Shown one piece after another: positions 23,491 through 37,291 of a stretch of DNA of 64,000 nt (position 1 is its first letter; every line of letters starts with the position of its first letter). The notes beneath the pieces were generated by a model. That model saw nothing but the letters and a program-made list of their open reading frames with translations. It had not been told where the DNA came from and ran no database searches. The translations under genes were made by a program, and so were the position numbers. The DNA comes from Sminthopsis crassicaudata (Eukaryota), in NCBI RefSeq assembly GCF_048593235.1, contig NC_133617.1, positions 71,570,937 through 71,634,936 on the forward strand, written 5' to 3'.

Positions 23491-24619
23491 ATGCCATTCC
23501 CCTTTTCCTTTTGGCTTCAATCTTTTCCTATATCAGAGTTTCTTCTAACCCTAACCCTAAATTCTTGTTATGTGATCAAAGTATTTAATTTTTGGTTTTA
23601 ATATTTATCCTAATGAAGAACCTAAATTAGTTTCTTTAATATGGACTGATTTGGCCTTCTAGCCAAGGGACTCTTAAAAATCTATTACAGCACCACAATT
23701 CAAAAGTGTTGATTCTCATGAAGCAAGAGTGGTGGAAAACCCATGGATGACCAAGTATTCTACTCTCTTTTCAAAACATTAGGAGAAAGTGAAGAAGGTT
23801 TCTGGTGCCTTGGATAGACTCCACTATGATAAACTTAGGGGGAAACATGGATAGATAGATATGGATAGTTGGTAATTTGCATCATTGGAGGGAAATTCCA
23901 CATAGATGAGACCATGAGCTCGTGTGAATATTTGAGTATAATCAAAAGACATTTGTCTCCAAAAAAAAGTGTTGATTCTGTGGCACTCAGTTTTCCTTAT
24001 AGTTTTCCTTATAATCCAACTCTCACAGCCAAATGTTATTACTGGAAAAATCATACCTTTGACTATATGGATTTTTATCAGCAAAGTGATATTTCTGCTT
24101 TTTGATATGCTGTCCAGATTTGCCATGGCTTTCCTTCCAAGAAGCAGGTATCTTTTAATCACATAGCTTTGTTCACCATTTATAGTGATCTTTAAGCCTA
24201 AGAATACAAAACTTGTACCACTTCCATTTTTTCTCCCTCTGTTTGACAGAAAGTGATGGGGTCAGTTGCTAAGATCTAACTTTTTTTGATGTTAAACTTC
24301 AAGTCAGTTTTTACATTTGCCTCTTCTTTCTTCATTAAGAGGCTTTCTCAGAATTTTTCACTTTCTGTCATCAGAGTGGTATCATCTGCATATCTGAGAC
24401 CCTTGATATTTCTCCTACTAACCTTAATTCTGGCTTTTGGTTCATCCAGCCTGACATTTTGCATGATGTACTCTACATAAAACTAAGAAAACAGAATACA
24501 GCTATGTCATATTTTTTTTCCTAATCTTAAACCAATCACTTGTTCCATGTTCAGTTATAACTATTGTTTCTTGACCTGAATATAAGTTCCTTAGGAAACA
24601 AGTAAAATAATATGGTACC

Positions 24620-27600
24620 CCCTTTTCTTTTTTTTTCTTATTTACTACTTATTTAGTAGTAGTATATATTAAAAACAATTTTCATATTAATTTTGAAAAC
24701 TTTAAGTTTCAAATTCCTTCCCCACCCTTCTTCCTTTCCTCTGCATTGAAAAGGCAAGCAATTCAATAAAGGTTATAAATGTGTAGTCATGCAAAACATT
24801 TCCATTATAGTCATGTTATGAAAAAGAAACCAAAGAAAAAACCCTCAAGGTAAAAAAGGAAAATAGAAAAAGTATGCTTCAATCTGTATTCAGATATCAT
24901 CAGTCCTCTCTCTCCGATATTAGATAGCCTTTCTCATCCTAAGTCTTTTTAAAATTTTTTTAAAAATTAATTTTATAATTATACATTTTTGACAATATAT
25001 ATGCATGAGTAATTTCTTTATAACATTATCCCTTGTATTCATTTTTCCAGATTTTCCCCTCCCTCCCTCTACTCCCTCCCCTAGATGACAGACAATCTCA
25101 TACATTTTACATATGTTACAATATAACCTAGATACAATATATGTACCCACAATATATGTGGGTAAATCCAATTTTCTTATTGCACGTTAAGTATTGGATT
25201 CCGAAGGTATAAGTAACCTGGGTAGATAGACAGTAGTGCTAATATTTTACATTCACTTCCCAATGCTCCTTCTCTGGGTGTAGTTGTTTCTGTCCATCAT
25301 TGATCAGCTGGAAGTGAGTTGTATCTTCTTTATGTTGAAGATATCCATTTCCATCAGATCTCATCCCAAGTCTTCAGAGTTGTGGTGGATCACTGTATTT
25401 CTAAGAATAACTAAGTTGTTCACAGCTGATCATCTTACACTATTACTGTTACTTTGTATACAGTACATTTCACTTTGCATTAGTTCTTTCCAGGATTTTC
25501 TGACGGCATCCTCTTCTTGTAGTACCATAATATTTCATCATAAATACATTCCACACTTTCTTCAACCATTCCCCATTTGGTGGGCAGATCCTAAATTTCC
25601 AATTTGTTTTCATTCCCCCAAAGAGCAGTTATATTTTTATGCATATAGGTCCTTTTCCTTTAAAAAAATCTCTTTTGGAACACAGACCTAGTAATGATAT
25701 CATTAGATTAATGTGTGTGCATGGTTTTAATACCTTCTTTGGCCATAGTTCCAAATTGCTCTAGAGATTGGTTGAATCAGTTCACAACTCCACCATGAGT
25801 ATATTAGGGTATCATTTTTCTCATATCCTCTCCAACATTGTTACCTTTATTTTCTGTTCCATCAGAGGTAGTACCTCAGAATTGTTTTAATTCATAGTTC
25901 TTCAATCAATGGTGGGTTAAAGTATATTTTTTCAGATGACTACGAATATCTTTGATTACTTCATCTGAAAACTTCATTTTTTTATTATTTCTTAATTGGG
26001 GAATGGCTTTTATTTTTATTAAAATTGACTTCGTTTTCTGAATGTAAGAAAGATGAAATCTATATCAGAAAACTTTGTTTCAAAAATCTTTTCACAGTTA
26101 CTTTTATCCTCCATTCTATTCCCCTTCTCCAGTTTATCAGATTCTCTCTCCTTTTACCCTGTCCTTCCTCAAAAGTATTTTGCTTTTGACTATTCTCTCC
26201 CCCAATCTGCTCTCCCTTCTACCATTCCCTTCTCCTTTTCCCTGTTTTAAAATGTCTTTTTCCTCCTACCTTCCTGTAGAGTAAGATAGATTTCTGTATC
26301 CAAATGAATGTGCACATTATTCCCTCTCTAAGCCAGTTCTGGTAAGAGTAAGTAATAACATTCACTCATTCCCTCTCACCTCCTCCTTCTTCCTCTCCAT
26401 TGTAAAAAATGTTTCTTGCCTCTTTTGTAAGATAATTTGCCCTATTCTACCTCTCCCTTTCTCTCTCTCTCCCCTTATTTTTTTAAGGTATTATCCCTTT
26501 ATATTTAACTCAAACCTGTCCCCTCTGTTAAAAGTTCTTATGAATTACAAGTATCATCTTCCAATGTAGGAATGTAAACACCTTAACTTTATTAAATCAC
26601 TTTCCTATTTACCTTTTGATGTGTTTGAAAGTCAAATTTTCTACTCAGCTTTGTTTTTTCATCTTTCTTCATCAAGAAAGTTTGAAAGTTCTTTATTTCA
26701 TTGAATATCCATTTGCCTCCCAAAGGATTATATTCAGTTTTGCTGAGTAAGTGATTCTTGATTGTCATCCTAGCTCTTTCACCCTCTGGGATATTGTATT
26801 CCAAGCTCTCCAGTACCTTAATGTGGAAGCTCATAAATCTTGTGTTATCTTGACTGTGACTCCACAAAACTTGAATTGCTCTTTTCTGGCTGTTTGCAAT
26901 ATTTTCTCCTTGACCTGGGAGTTTTGAAATGTGGATTCTTTCAACTCCTATTTTACCCTATGATTCTAGAATATCAGGGCAATTTTCCCTGATAATTTCT
27001 TGAAAGATGCTGTAGGTCCTTTCTTTAATCATAACTTTTAGGTTTCCTATAATTTTTAGATGATCTCTCCTGGATCTAATTTTTAAGTCAGTTTTTTTTT
27101 TCAATTAGATGGGACACATTATCTTCTATTTTTCATTTTTTTTTATTTATTGGAATACTTTTTAAAGTGTTCATATCTTCATTGGTATTTTGTACTTCCT
27201 TTACCATTTGGCCTGGTCTTTTTTTTTTTTTTTAAGATGTTATTTTCTTCAGTATTTTTTGGTGTGTCTCCTTTACTAAGCTGTTGACTCTTTTTTTCAT
27301 GATTTTTTTGCATCACTCTCGTTTCTCTTCCCAATTTTTCCTCTACCTCTCTTACTTGGCTTTCTAAATTCTTTTTGAGCTTTTTCATGGCCTGAGACCA
27401 ATTTATATTTTCCTTAGAAGCTTTGGATGTAGGCACTTTGATTTTGTTATCTTCTTTTGAGTGTTTTGATTTTCCTTGTTACCATAATATGTCACCTCTA
27501 GGGCTAGAAATTTTTCTCTTGTTTGCTCATTTTTTAGTCTATTACTTGACTTTTAACTTTTTGTTAAAGAAGGCCTCTACGTTCAGGGTGGAAGGCATAC

Positions 27601-28200
27601 TGTCTCAAGCTTCAAGGCTTTTTGTACAGTCATTTTCAAAGATACTTCTAGAGACCTGGAGACTTTCAGTTGTTCCAAGGTGGTATAATCTAAGGAGAGG
27701 TGTACTACTTTCTTGGCCTGTGCTCTGGTCTGTGAGTTGCCATAAGCTCCCCTTTCTGCCCTAGAATGTGAGAAAGGTCCCCAATCTCTGGTGTGCTAGT
27801 GCTGGACTGCCACTGAGGACTGTGATTTGGTTGTGAGTATGGACAAATCAACAGGATCCAGCCTTGGTTGGTGCTAACAAAAAGACCAGATGTTCAACCC
27901 CTTTACCATCTGTGACCTCAGAGCTCTGGAAGCTGCCGCTTCCACTGCTGATTCAATGGCTTGGAAAGCCTGCTCCTGGTTTGCTGGGAAGGAGGCTGTG
28001 GGCTGGGCTGTGTTCCACTCTCAATAGATCTTTCCTGCCAACCTTCTAATTTGTCTGGGGCTAGAAAATATTTTTATTCTTTTGTTGTGGTTTCTGCCAC
28101 CCTAGAATTTATTTAGAATCATTATGTAAAAGCATTTGGAGGGGTTTGTGGGAGAGCTCAGGTGAATTCTTTCTTTTATTCCCCCATTTTGCTTCTGCCT
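24620..28200 (-). mobile_element. HAL1 (half-L1, ORF1-only) type element
   Basis: L1-type 5' UTR near 28200 and ORF1-like remnants (27179-27436, 26592-26867), followed directly by 3' UTR-like sequence with no ORF2. Confidence 0.65.
24948..25358 (-). mobile_element. Young L1 3'-end insertion nested in HAL1
   Basis: L1 3' UTR with T-tail. 16-bp TSD with one mismatch: TCTCATCCTAAGTCTT at 24932-24947 and TCTCATCCCAAGTCTT at 25359-25374. Confidence 0.75.
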
Positions 28201-28375
28201 TATTCCCATCTCTTTAAGAATGTGCCATATTTTGTTGTGATCCACACAAAGACTTTAGTATTGTCAATGAAGCCGTGATTAATGTTTTTCTGGAATTCCT
28301 TGATTTCTCCATAATCTAGCAAATGTTGATAATTTGGCTTTTAGTTCCTCTGCCTCTTTGAAAAAAAACAATCTG

Positions 28376-29640
28376 GGATGAGGATTCTGGGAAAATGGCA
28401 GAATAGGTCAGAAAATTCCAAGCTCTCCAGATTTCCCCCACAAAAGAAATAAAATTGTGCCTCTAGAACTGTGAAAAACAAATAAGCCTTGGGGCAAAAC
28501 AGGAGTCCTCCTAGGACAACCTGAGAAAGAACACAGGACAACTTATGGTGTGTAAACACTCCAGGCTACCTCCACTTAAAGAGCCTTAGGACTAGCTGGG
28601 TTCAGGAGGTAGCCTCAGCTCCAGCCACAGGAACTTTCAGCTCCCAAACAGCAAAGGGAGTCGAGGTTTAAGCCCAGAAAGATTCTGATATGGAATGCAG
28701 GCCCAGCTGGGTTGCTGAGACACAGCCCTGGGTCAGCACAGGCTTGGTGAATGCAGAAACAGTGGGACAAGGAAGCTACTGATTGGGGGGCACTTACAGG
28801 AGGGTGAATGATGTAATTATAAAAATCAAAACCGTGTTGAAAAAGGTAAAAGCAGAAATTACATTATATAAATGAGGTGAGGGAGTAAGAACTAACACAG
28901 AAGAATTGGGAGGGGGGAATGAGGACTGATATTTCTGAAATCTTAGTCACATTGGGAATGGGTTAAAGAGGGACAATGCATATATACCAAGAAGGATAAA
29001 TAAACCTACAAAATCTATAAAGAAATAAGAGGGGGAGGAAATAGGATAAAACATGCTATAGAAGAGTTCAGGAATAGGATAAGGTGGGAAAGGAATACAG
29101 AAGGAGGGTATAAGGAGAAGATATAGGAGGGATCTTGGAGTGAGAAGAGAGGGAGGATGTTTAATAATAGCAAGACAGGTGAGCAGTAGAAGTAAAGTGG
29201 AAGAGTTAGCTGGATAGGTAACAAGAGATAATGCAGTTAGATAGATACAACATACATACATATATGTGTGTATTATGTGTCTGTATATATATATGTATAT
29301 ACATATATATATATATATATATATACACATATGAGGATGTACATAAATACATCCATAATAACTATAACCTGCTTGGGGGAGGTTGGGGGGAAGAAAGGAA
29401 AAAAAAGAATAAAATAAAAAATGTACAATAGAGAAAAAAAGAAAACATATAAAGAAGCAAAGAAAAGATAAGAAAGGTGGAATTCAATGTGCTTTATTAT
29501 TATATTCTCTTTCTTAAAATGAACATTTATTGTTACATATTTTGAATCTTTTTCTGTATTCTGTTGTGCACATGATAGTGTTGTTTTTTTCTTTTTCTAT
29601 TTTCTATTTAAGTTTTAATTTAAAAAAAAGAAAGAAAGAA
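28376..29640 (+). mobile_element. Internally deleted L1/HAL1-like element
   Basis: L1-like 5' UTR start (gaggattctgggaaaatggcagaataggtcag) joined to 3' UTR-like sequence and an A-rich tail. It interrupts the BovB copy. Confidence 0.55.
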
Positions 29641-31814
29641 AACCAGCCACTTCTGATCATTCTCGGTTCACATATTGCTGAAGCCTAGCTTGAAGAATCT
29701 TAAGCATAATCTTGGTTGAGTTCAATTGTTTAATAATTTGAACATTCTTTGGCATTGGTCTTCTTGGGGAGTGGGATGTAAATGGATGTTTTTCAAACCA
29801 ATGGCCACTGTTGTGTTTTCCAAATTTGAATGCAGCACTATCCCCATAATTAAAATTAAATGAGTTTTAAATGAACACATACCATCTTCAAAAATGTGGT
29901 TAATAATATTCTTTTCTTTAAATCTTTAAGGCTAGGTTGAGGATAAAACTCCTCTTTGAAGTGGACATGAATAACAAAGAGAAGGAAGAAATAACCAACT
30001 CTCATTTTGCTTCTGTTTTCTCTAAGAAGAAATTTTTTTCAAACTGGAAAATATAAAATACATGTGGTTTACAAGATGTTGAAACATGGTAACATTGGTC
30101 AGTCCTCAATGAATTTGTCACCATGTTTGAATGGTCTATACCCAAGGGTTTTTTTTTTTTAAGAATTATCAGATATGATTATTGAACAATGATCTTTTAA
30201 ACAGAATGGAAAAAAAAACTGAGAGATGATGCAGGATTGTAGAGGGGCTTATGTTTCTAAAATTCAAAAGGCTTAAACTCCAAACTCTCCCATATTAACC
30301 CTGATTCCTGTCAGAATTCTAGAGTATATTTGTAAGTTGGTATTCATCTTACACACTCATCTCTTATGTTATTCATTGCAGAACCTAGGTGATAGTAACC
30401 AAGACAGACAGAAGTTAAGTGACTTGACCTTAGTCACACAACTAGTAAGTGTCTGGGGCAATATTTCTCAGGAACCATCACTAAGCTTTCTCATCCCAAC
30501 CCTATCATAAAAAGACTGGGACTACCCTGTATGTTCACAAAATGATTGAACTGAGGAAAATGAGAAAGAAAATGTTGAGTTTCTATTTGGGGGCATATAC
30601 TACCTTTACTCTTTTTACCTTTTTTTTGCCTTTTCCTTTGGAATTGAGAATTCCTGGAAGGGATTTCCCATGATCCAAGACAAGGACAGAGTGCCTGTCT
30701 TGAGACATACCAGAGACAAGAAGGGTTACTTTGGGCCTGGGAATCCAACTGCTGGGGACATTAACTATTTGAGATGAATGCTGCAAGGTTATCCAGATGG
30801 TTCCACAAGTCAGACTGAATGGATAACGTGATTGAGTAGACAAAGCTGGACATTTTTTTTTTTGGGGGGGGAAACCTTCATCTTCCAGCACATTTGGTTT
30901 TTCCATTGCTTTTGCTGTTCCTATCTGGGGATCAACTGTAATGTAAATTTTTCCTTTCCTAAATTCTCATCTGTGAGTACAAGAGGAGTTCAAGGGTATG
31001 GTTTAAGAAGAATGTTAATGTAAAAGCACTAAAACCTTTTTCCTTGGATTTTTGCTATATTAAATAAACTAAGTGGCAAAAAAAGGTTTCATGGAGTCAT
31101 ATATAGAGAACTGTATGTGATCTCAAAGTCATTGTAAAGAGTTGTTCTCTCAAGGAAGAAATTTCACATATGGGACAGAAACATGGCAAACCATAGCTTT
31201 TTCTATTGTAACATATGTTTCAAAAGACTCTTAAGACCCAAATAAAATATTGTGGAAATGGCAGCTTTAAGATAACATTCAGATTACGGCCTGAAAAAAG
31301 CTAATGAGCCTAGACAGAAACTGGATTAGACATAGAGAAACACAATTGAGGGATCTTTGTTTCTGATTATAATAATCTTTACCTTATAAAGATGAAGATT
31401 TTCGTGAAGAGAATACTTATTTAGCATCGAATAAAATAAGTGGTATGAGTTCGTATTCTCAGAAATGAAGAGAAGTCAATGTAAATAACTATGTTTTATT
31501 ACCAATTTCATATTTGTTAACTTTTATATTTATTTAATCCAAGAGATTTAATATATAGGTATGTAATTACTATTGGAAAATAAGTTTATTCAGTTCATTA
31601 AATACCTAATGAACTTTGTTGGAGATTCTGAGCTTGGTTTATTATGCTGTAATTTTGTTAATTAATGAGAAGCTTTTCAAACATACTCCTAGATTAACTT
31701 AGAACTCAGGATGAATTCTATAAATTCTATGAGTATAGTTATTTAATTGTACTTCACCATTTAAAAATATATCTTTCTTAGCAACATTTCACTTTTATAG
31801 CATGAATTTTGAAT

Positions 31815-31816
<2 letters not shown>

Positions 31817-31860
<44 letters not shown>
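31817..31860. repeat. (TG)22 microsatellite
   Basis: Direct read. Confidence 0.95.
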
Positions 31861-31863
<3 letters not shown>

Positions 31864-32289
31864 AAGCTACTCTGAACTCTCAAATGAAGCCTTACAGGCC
31901 TACTTATGGGAGCCTCATTTCCGTGACCACTTGACTGTTGGCTAGAACAGTGTGCCATCTGGTGGGAAAATAACATATTACGTTGTCTCATTTGCTAATT
32001 AATAATATCCTGCCTTCCTATAGGTTGCAACTAGGTGGCACAGTGGGGCTAGAGCAACCTGGAGTCAGTAAACCCTGAGTTCAAATACAGTCATGGACAT
32101 TTACTACTGTCACTTGACCTCTATTTGCCTCAGTTCCCTCATCTGTAAAATCGGCATATTAGTAACTACCTAGCAGAGTTGTTATGAGGATCAAATTAGA
32201 TAATTTATGTTAAGTTCTTAGCACAGTCACTGGCACATAGAAGACACTATATCCATGATAGTAATAAGATATTATTAAGAAAGCAAAAC

Positions 32290-33300
32290 AGGTGACTGAG
32301 AATTGCTTTAGTACTTCAATGTCCTGTGTTACACAGGATGATAACTATGTTCGCCTGAGTTATACATTAAAGGAATGATTGTGAGAAAGAGAAGCAATGA
32401 TCATTAAGAGATGGCATAGTTTTATCAAACACAGGTCATGCCAGACTAACCACATTTCTATTTTTGAGAGGGATACTAAGCAGGCAGAAAAGGGGAATGC
32501 TGCATCTAGATTTCAAGCTGAGCATCTGACAATGTTTCATGCTGACTTTATGGACAAAATGGAGAATTATGGGTTAGAGATTTTTATAATTGGTTGGATT
32601 TAGAACTGGTTGAACAACCAGACCCAAAAAATAGCCCTTAATGTATTTGTGTGCCAGGGTTCTGTCCTTGGCGTTTTGTTATTCAGTGCTTTAAATAATG
32701 ACTTGTATTATTTCAGAAAATATTTGTGCTGGTAGGAAAATTCCATGTTGGATAATAAAATTAGAATCTCAAAAGATCCCAACAAATTAGAACAATTAAC
32801 CCAATTTAGACAAATGAAATTTCATGTAAAGTCCTAGACTTGGGCTTCAAAAATCAAACGCCCAAGAACTGGTTAAAAGAAGTATACCTAGGCAACTGTA
32901 AATATAAAAAGGATCTCTATATTGTAATGAACTAGTCATGAAATAAGACAAAAATATGTTCTACAGACAATGGGAGAATGCATTCATAAAGACATAGTGT
33001 CTGGAATGGGGAAGTAGAGATCTGTTTTAGTCAAATCACATCTGGATATTGTTTCCAATTCTGGTATCAATTTACAAATTGAGAGGAGGTGAAGAGATTA
33101 TAGATTACAATGTATACAACTCAGTTGAAGCAACTGGGACTGTTTTGCCTGGAGAAGAAAGACTTGGGGATAACCAAAGTTGAATGCAAGTACTTAATGA
33201 AAAAGGATTAGATTTATTCACCATTTTGGAGTGACTGTCATAGAGAAGATTTCATGTAAGGAATGGATTGGATGAGGAGTCTCTGAATTCCAACACTGAG
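32290..33300 (+). mobile_element. L3/CR1 LINE remnant
   Basis: Peptide HRSCQTNHISIFERDT...MDKMENYGL matches CR1 RT. Other L3 pieces lie at about 2900-3345 and 29850-30370. Confidence 0.7.
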
Positions 33301-33756
33301 TTTCTTCTCTTTTCTTTCTCCTTTTTGTCTTCCCATTCCTCTCTCTACTCTCTCCCTTTTTTCTTTTCCTTTTCCCCACTCATGGACAAGAATGATTTCT
33401 GAGCAGAGTTCTGTTCCCAGGGATTCCTTGGCCCATCAGTACCATGGACTGAATGACCTAAAATGGACCTGAGTTTTGCTACTTATTTCACCACACACAG
33501 ACACAATATACTTAGAAGCTATTACTTTACAGATGAGAAAACTGAGGTCCCTGAAGGGCCAGTGTGGCTTTCCCAAGGTCACAAGTAAAACAGCAGAGCT
33601 GGGATTCATGGTATGATTTTGAACAAATTCTTTCCCTATTCCCTTTCCTCATCTGTAAAATGAGAGGGACTAGTGGTCCTCAAATTCTCTTCCAGATTCT
33701 AATCCTATCATACATGCTACAGGAACTATATGGTTTTAGAATTCTTTTGACTTGGG

Positions 33757-33766
33757 GCATATATAC

Positions 33767-33816
<50 letters not shown>

Positions 33817-33835
33817 GTATATATATATATATGTG
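33757..33835. repeat. Interrupted (TA)n microsatellite
   Basis: Direct read. A similar tract lies at about 29260-29332. Confidence 0.9.
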
Positions 33836-36800
33836 CATATGTGTACACACGCAAAGGGGGTCATTCCAGATATTAATGGTCAGTAAGGCACATGTGAATA
33901 AATGTATGTGTGTGAGGATGGTTTTCTGAGACACAAGTTGTTGTTCCAGGCTCTGGGAGCAGATGGGAGGAATGTTTTATGTTCCAGAAATCCTAGAGAC
34001 TGTAGACCACAGACTGGAACAGCACTCCAATGCCCCGGGGAGTGGGAGATGAAAGAGAGATAGGCGAATGGTTTTGGCTCAGCTTCTTTGCCCAGCATCA
34101 TCCACAGCTTCAGCTTGTCCATCTTCCCTCTGTCAATCACCCCCCAACCCAGCACTATTGCCTGGCAACCACAGAGAGGCTGTTGCTAGGAGATCCCAGG
34201 TGGGTGGAGGCTTCTGAGACCAGGAAACAGCAGCAGCAGCAGCAGAGCAGTGGCAACAAAGCACATAAACACACATTCTATCAGGACCCCTCAACAATCT
34301 ACAGGCTCAGTGCTATTACCACCCCATCTCCCACTCCGTGGGCCTTGAGACACCCTCTGTCCAAAGGCTTTGCTCAGCCTCCCTCTTTCCATCCCCCCCC
34401 TTCACACATGCCCAGTCCTGGGCAATACCCTCAGCCTGCAAGTTTAGCTCTCCTCCCCCTACCTACATTCACACAGATACACAGAAGTAAAAAGACATAC
34501 ACAGACACCCTCAGCCTCTTATAGATGTGTTTTGGGTGGGTTAACAGGAATGTATTAGAGGAGGAAAGGCGCTCATTCTTCCCCTTTCTTTCTCCTTTCT
34601 CAGAGACTGCTATTTCTTGATTCATCCCAAGCCATGGCAAGGATTTTTTACTCTGAATGGGTAAAGAAGCTAGGAAGTTGCAGAGAATAATATGTGTGTT
34701 GGCAGTGGGAGATGGAGAGAAAGTGGAAAAGAGGGGAGGGGGAAATGGAGAGGGAGATATAAAGATTAGAAAGACATCCCACCTCACCCTCTAGGTCCTC
34801 CTTCCCTGACCAGATTCTCTCTTTTTTGGAGGGCACTGGGGATTCAGGGGTCGGTGAAGATGTCTCCCCTAGACATCGTGTATTCTCAAGCAATAACAGC
34901 GCCATCAGTATTATCTACCCAAGAATACCCGTCATCGCAGGGGACCAGCCAGTGGGGGAGAGCCTGGGCAGGGAGTTCTCCTTGGCCACACTGGTCAGTG
35001 GCAATAGCAATAGCAGCTTTGAGCCCCTGCAAGCTTGTGGTCACAATGCAAACTGGGTCTGGTCCAAGCCCAATCTGACTTCGGAACCCAGAGCCCACCT
35101 TGGGATCCAGTTGTACTTCAGAACGTTGGCCCCAAGGACCTCTTATCCAGATCCCCAGACCTCCTGGCTAAACCAGGCTCACTCCCACTCCTTCCCACCC
35201 CTTCAGCAATTAATCAGATGGGCACTTCACCCTTGGAATTCTCTTCCAGGACCCCAGGGGCCAACCCTTTCCCTTCTGGTTCCTGAAGCCCTGAGATCCA
35301 GAATCTAAAAGTTGGAACGGACCTCAGAGGAAATTCAGTCCAACTCATGTCTGAAAAGGAATATCTTTCATCCCCAGAACCTCTACAGTGCATTGTTACC
35401 TAGTCCAACTTTTCAGAGTCCCCCTTCCCTTTTCTATCACCCAAGATATTTCTCCAAGACTTTCGAACCTCTAGCCCTCTCCAAATCTCCGGCCCCGGAC
35501 ACCCTGGGGGCGGAGCTGTGAACAAGGGCGGGGCAGTCCCGCAACCCTTACTCCAGCCTCGGGCCCGACTTCAGAACCACGGATAGCTCCCGGCTCCACC
35601 TTCCCGGACTTGGGAGGATACTGAGGGATCTCGATAGGACAGGGGCAGTGGAGAGGAAGAGAGGGGAGGAAAGAAGTCCGGGTAATTACTGTGGGGGGGA
35701 AGGGAGAGGAGACATGGGGAATCCTGAAACTGAGAGAAAACCTTGGTTCAAATAGGAGAAAAGTATGCAGAGATGCACTTCAGAATAGGGGCAGGTTTCA
35801 CTCTAGCCTTCCGTGAAATAGGGGGCTCCAGCGGGAAGGCCCAGCCAGGACCCTGACGGATTCTGAAACTCCAGTGACTGGGAAGTTCTGAGTTAGGGGA
35901 ATCAAGGCCTGGAGGGGGTTGGTTCTGGGAGGGGGGCAAAAGTTCGGTGTCTGATTGAGAAGAGGCCCAAGCTATAGAAAATTGGGGATTCTGAGGTCAA
36001 GGACCAAGGTCCTGGGAGAGTGGGTTCGTGGGGTCAGGATGAGTGGAGGGCCGGGGGCGAACTCACCCTTTGTCTTCGGATCCCGGGAGAATCCTGAGCT
36101 GCCCCCTCCCGGCCCGGCCCAGCTCCCCGCCCCACCCTCCCTCCAGAAATCTGTTTTCTGGAAAAGCCGCCGTACCACAGGGCCCCCTTCCTCTTCCTTC
36201 CCCACCCCGCCCTATAGTTGAGGGACTGGAACTGGGCTCGGGGCGCAGGTGAAGACCACACAGAGGGCACCCCCCCTTGATAACCCTCATCTCCGGGAAG
36301 CCTCCAACCCAAACGGGTTTCTCCCTTCCTGATCCCCCCAAGTCAGTCTGCCTTTAATCATGCAACCCGAGTTCAAAGAAGGGGGCGCGGCCCAGAGCAG
36401 CCTCCGGAAGCCCGGACCGCCGGGCCTGGGGAGGCTGCCCTGACCCTAGTAAGGCTTACTCCCTTCCACCTCCCACGCCTGTCCTGGCCACGCCCCCGCG
36501 CCTCCTTTCTTGGCGGGGGAGGGGGCGGGAAGAAAGGCTATGCACATGGGTTCTAGTTGCCCGCCAGGGTGGCAGGTCAAAGCAACAGGGCCTCAATCAC
36601 TTCCTGCTCCCATCCCCAATCAAGGAGCCCTGGTAATGTGGAGTGGGGCACAGACCAAGCACCTCCCCCCAAAATCGGTGATTCTGTATCTGTGACTGTG
36701 ACCTCGTCTTTGGGGATGTCCAGGTCTGCACATGACTAAGACCTAGGTGGGTGAGATACAGAGACTGTGAGACTGAGGTGGGATGGGGTTCCCAAAGGCA

Positions 36801-37285
36801 GAGACCTGTTAACTTCCACCTGACAAGCTTAGAACTTCAGTCAGAATGACCTAGGAGATGGGGCCATTCAGTCTCTCATTTTACAGGAGCCCAGAGTGGT
36901 CCACATCAGGTGGGAGGGGGCAACATCTGTCCTTATCGCAGCTCACTTTAAAGCCCCCAAAAACCCCTGCAGAAGCTTGGTTCATTTACAATAGGGACTT
37001 AAGAGCACGTTTTGCTTTTGGAGCAGCTCCCAGTAAAGGCTGGAGGAGACAGACTCAGGGGCCAGGACAGCAGGACGTTTCTTCATGGCCGAAGGGCTGA
37101 CTAGGAGCGGGGACAGTCTGGAGGGACGGGGGTGCATTCCTCACTGGCTCAGGTCTGTTCCAGACCCTTTTGTTCACACGCCATTTTCACACACCACACA
37201 GGCGCACGGTTGAGAGAATAGTCACATGGTACTCTTGTGGCACAGAGGAAACAGATGCTGGGGTGTTTCTGATACAAACAGATCT

Positions 37286-37291
37286 TTTATT
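37286..37291 (-). terminator. PLPPR2 poly(A) signal
   Basis: AATAAA on the minus strand 1.35 kb past the stop, with a GT-rich tract downstream near 37200. Confidence 0.6.

Larger units (their letters stand above)
23640..29850 (-). mobile_element. BovB-type RTE copy split into three pieces
   Basis: Colinear pieces at about 23640-24615, 28201-28372 and 29640-29850. ORF 23824-24162 (IKRYLLLGRKAMANLDSI) is BovB RT C-terminal-like. Confidence 0.75.

Noticed and set aside
34826-35308. 160-aa + strand ORF
   Set aside because: It has a non-ATG start, no recognisable homology and no supporting + strand splice structure. It is kept only as part of the orphan-island finding.
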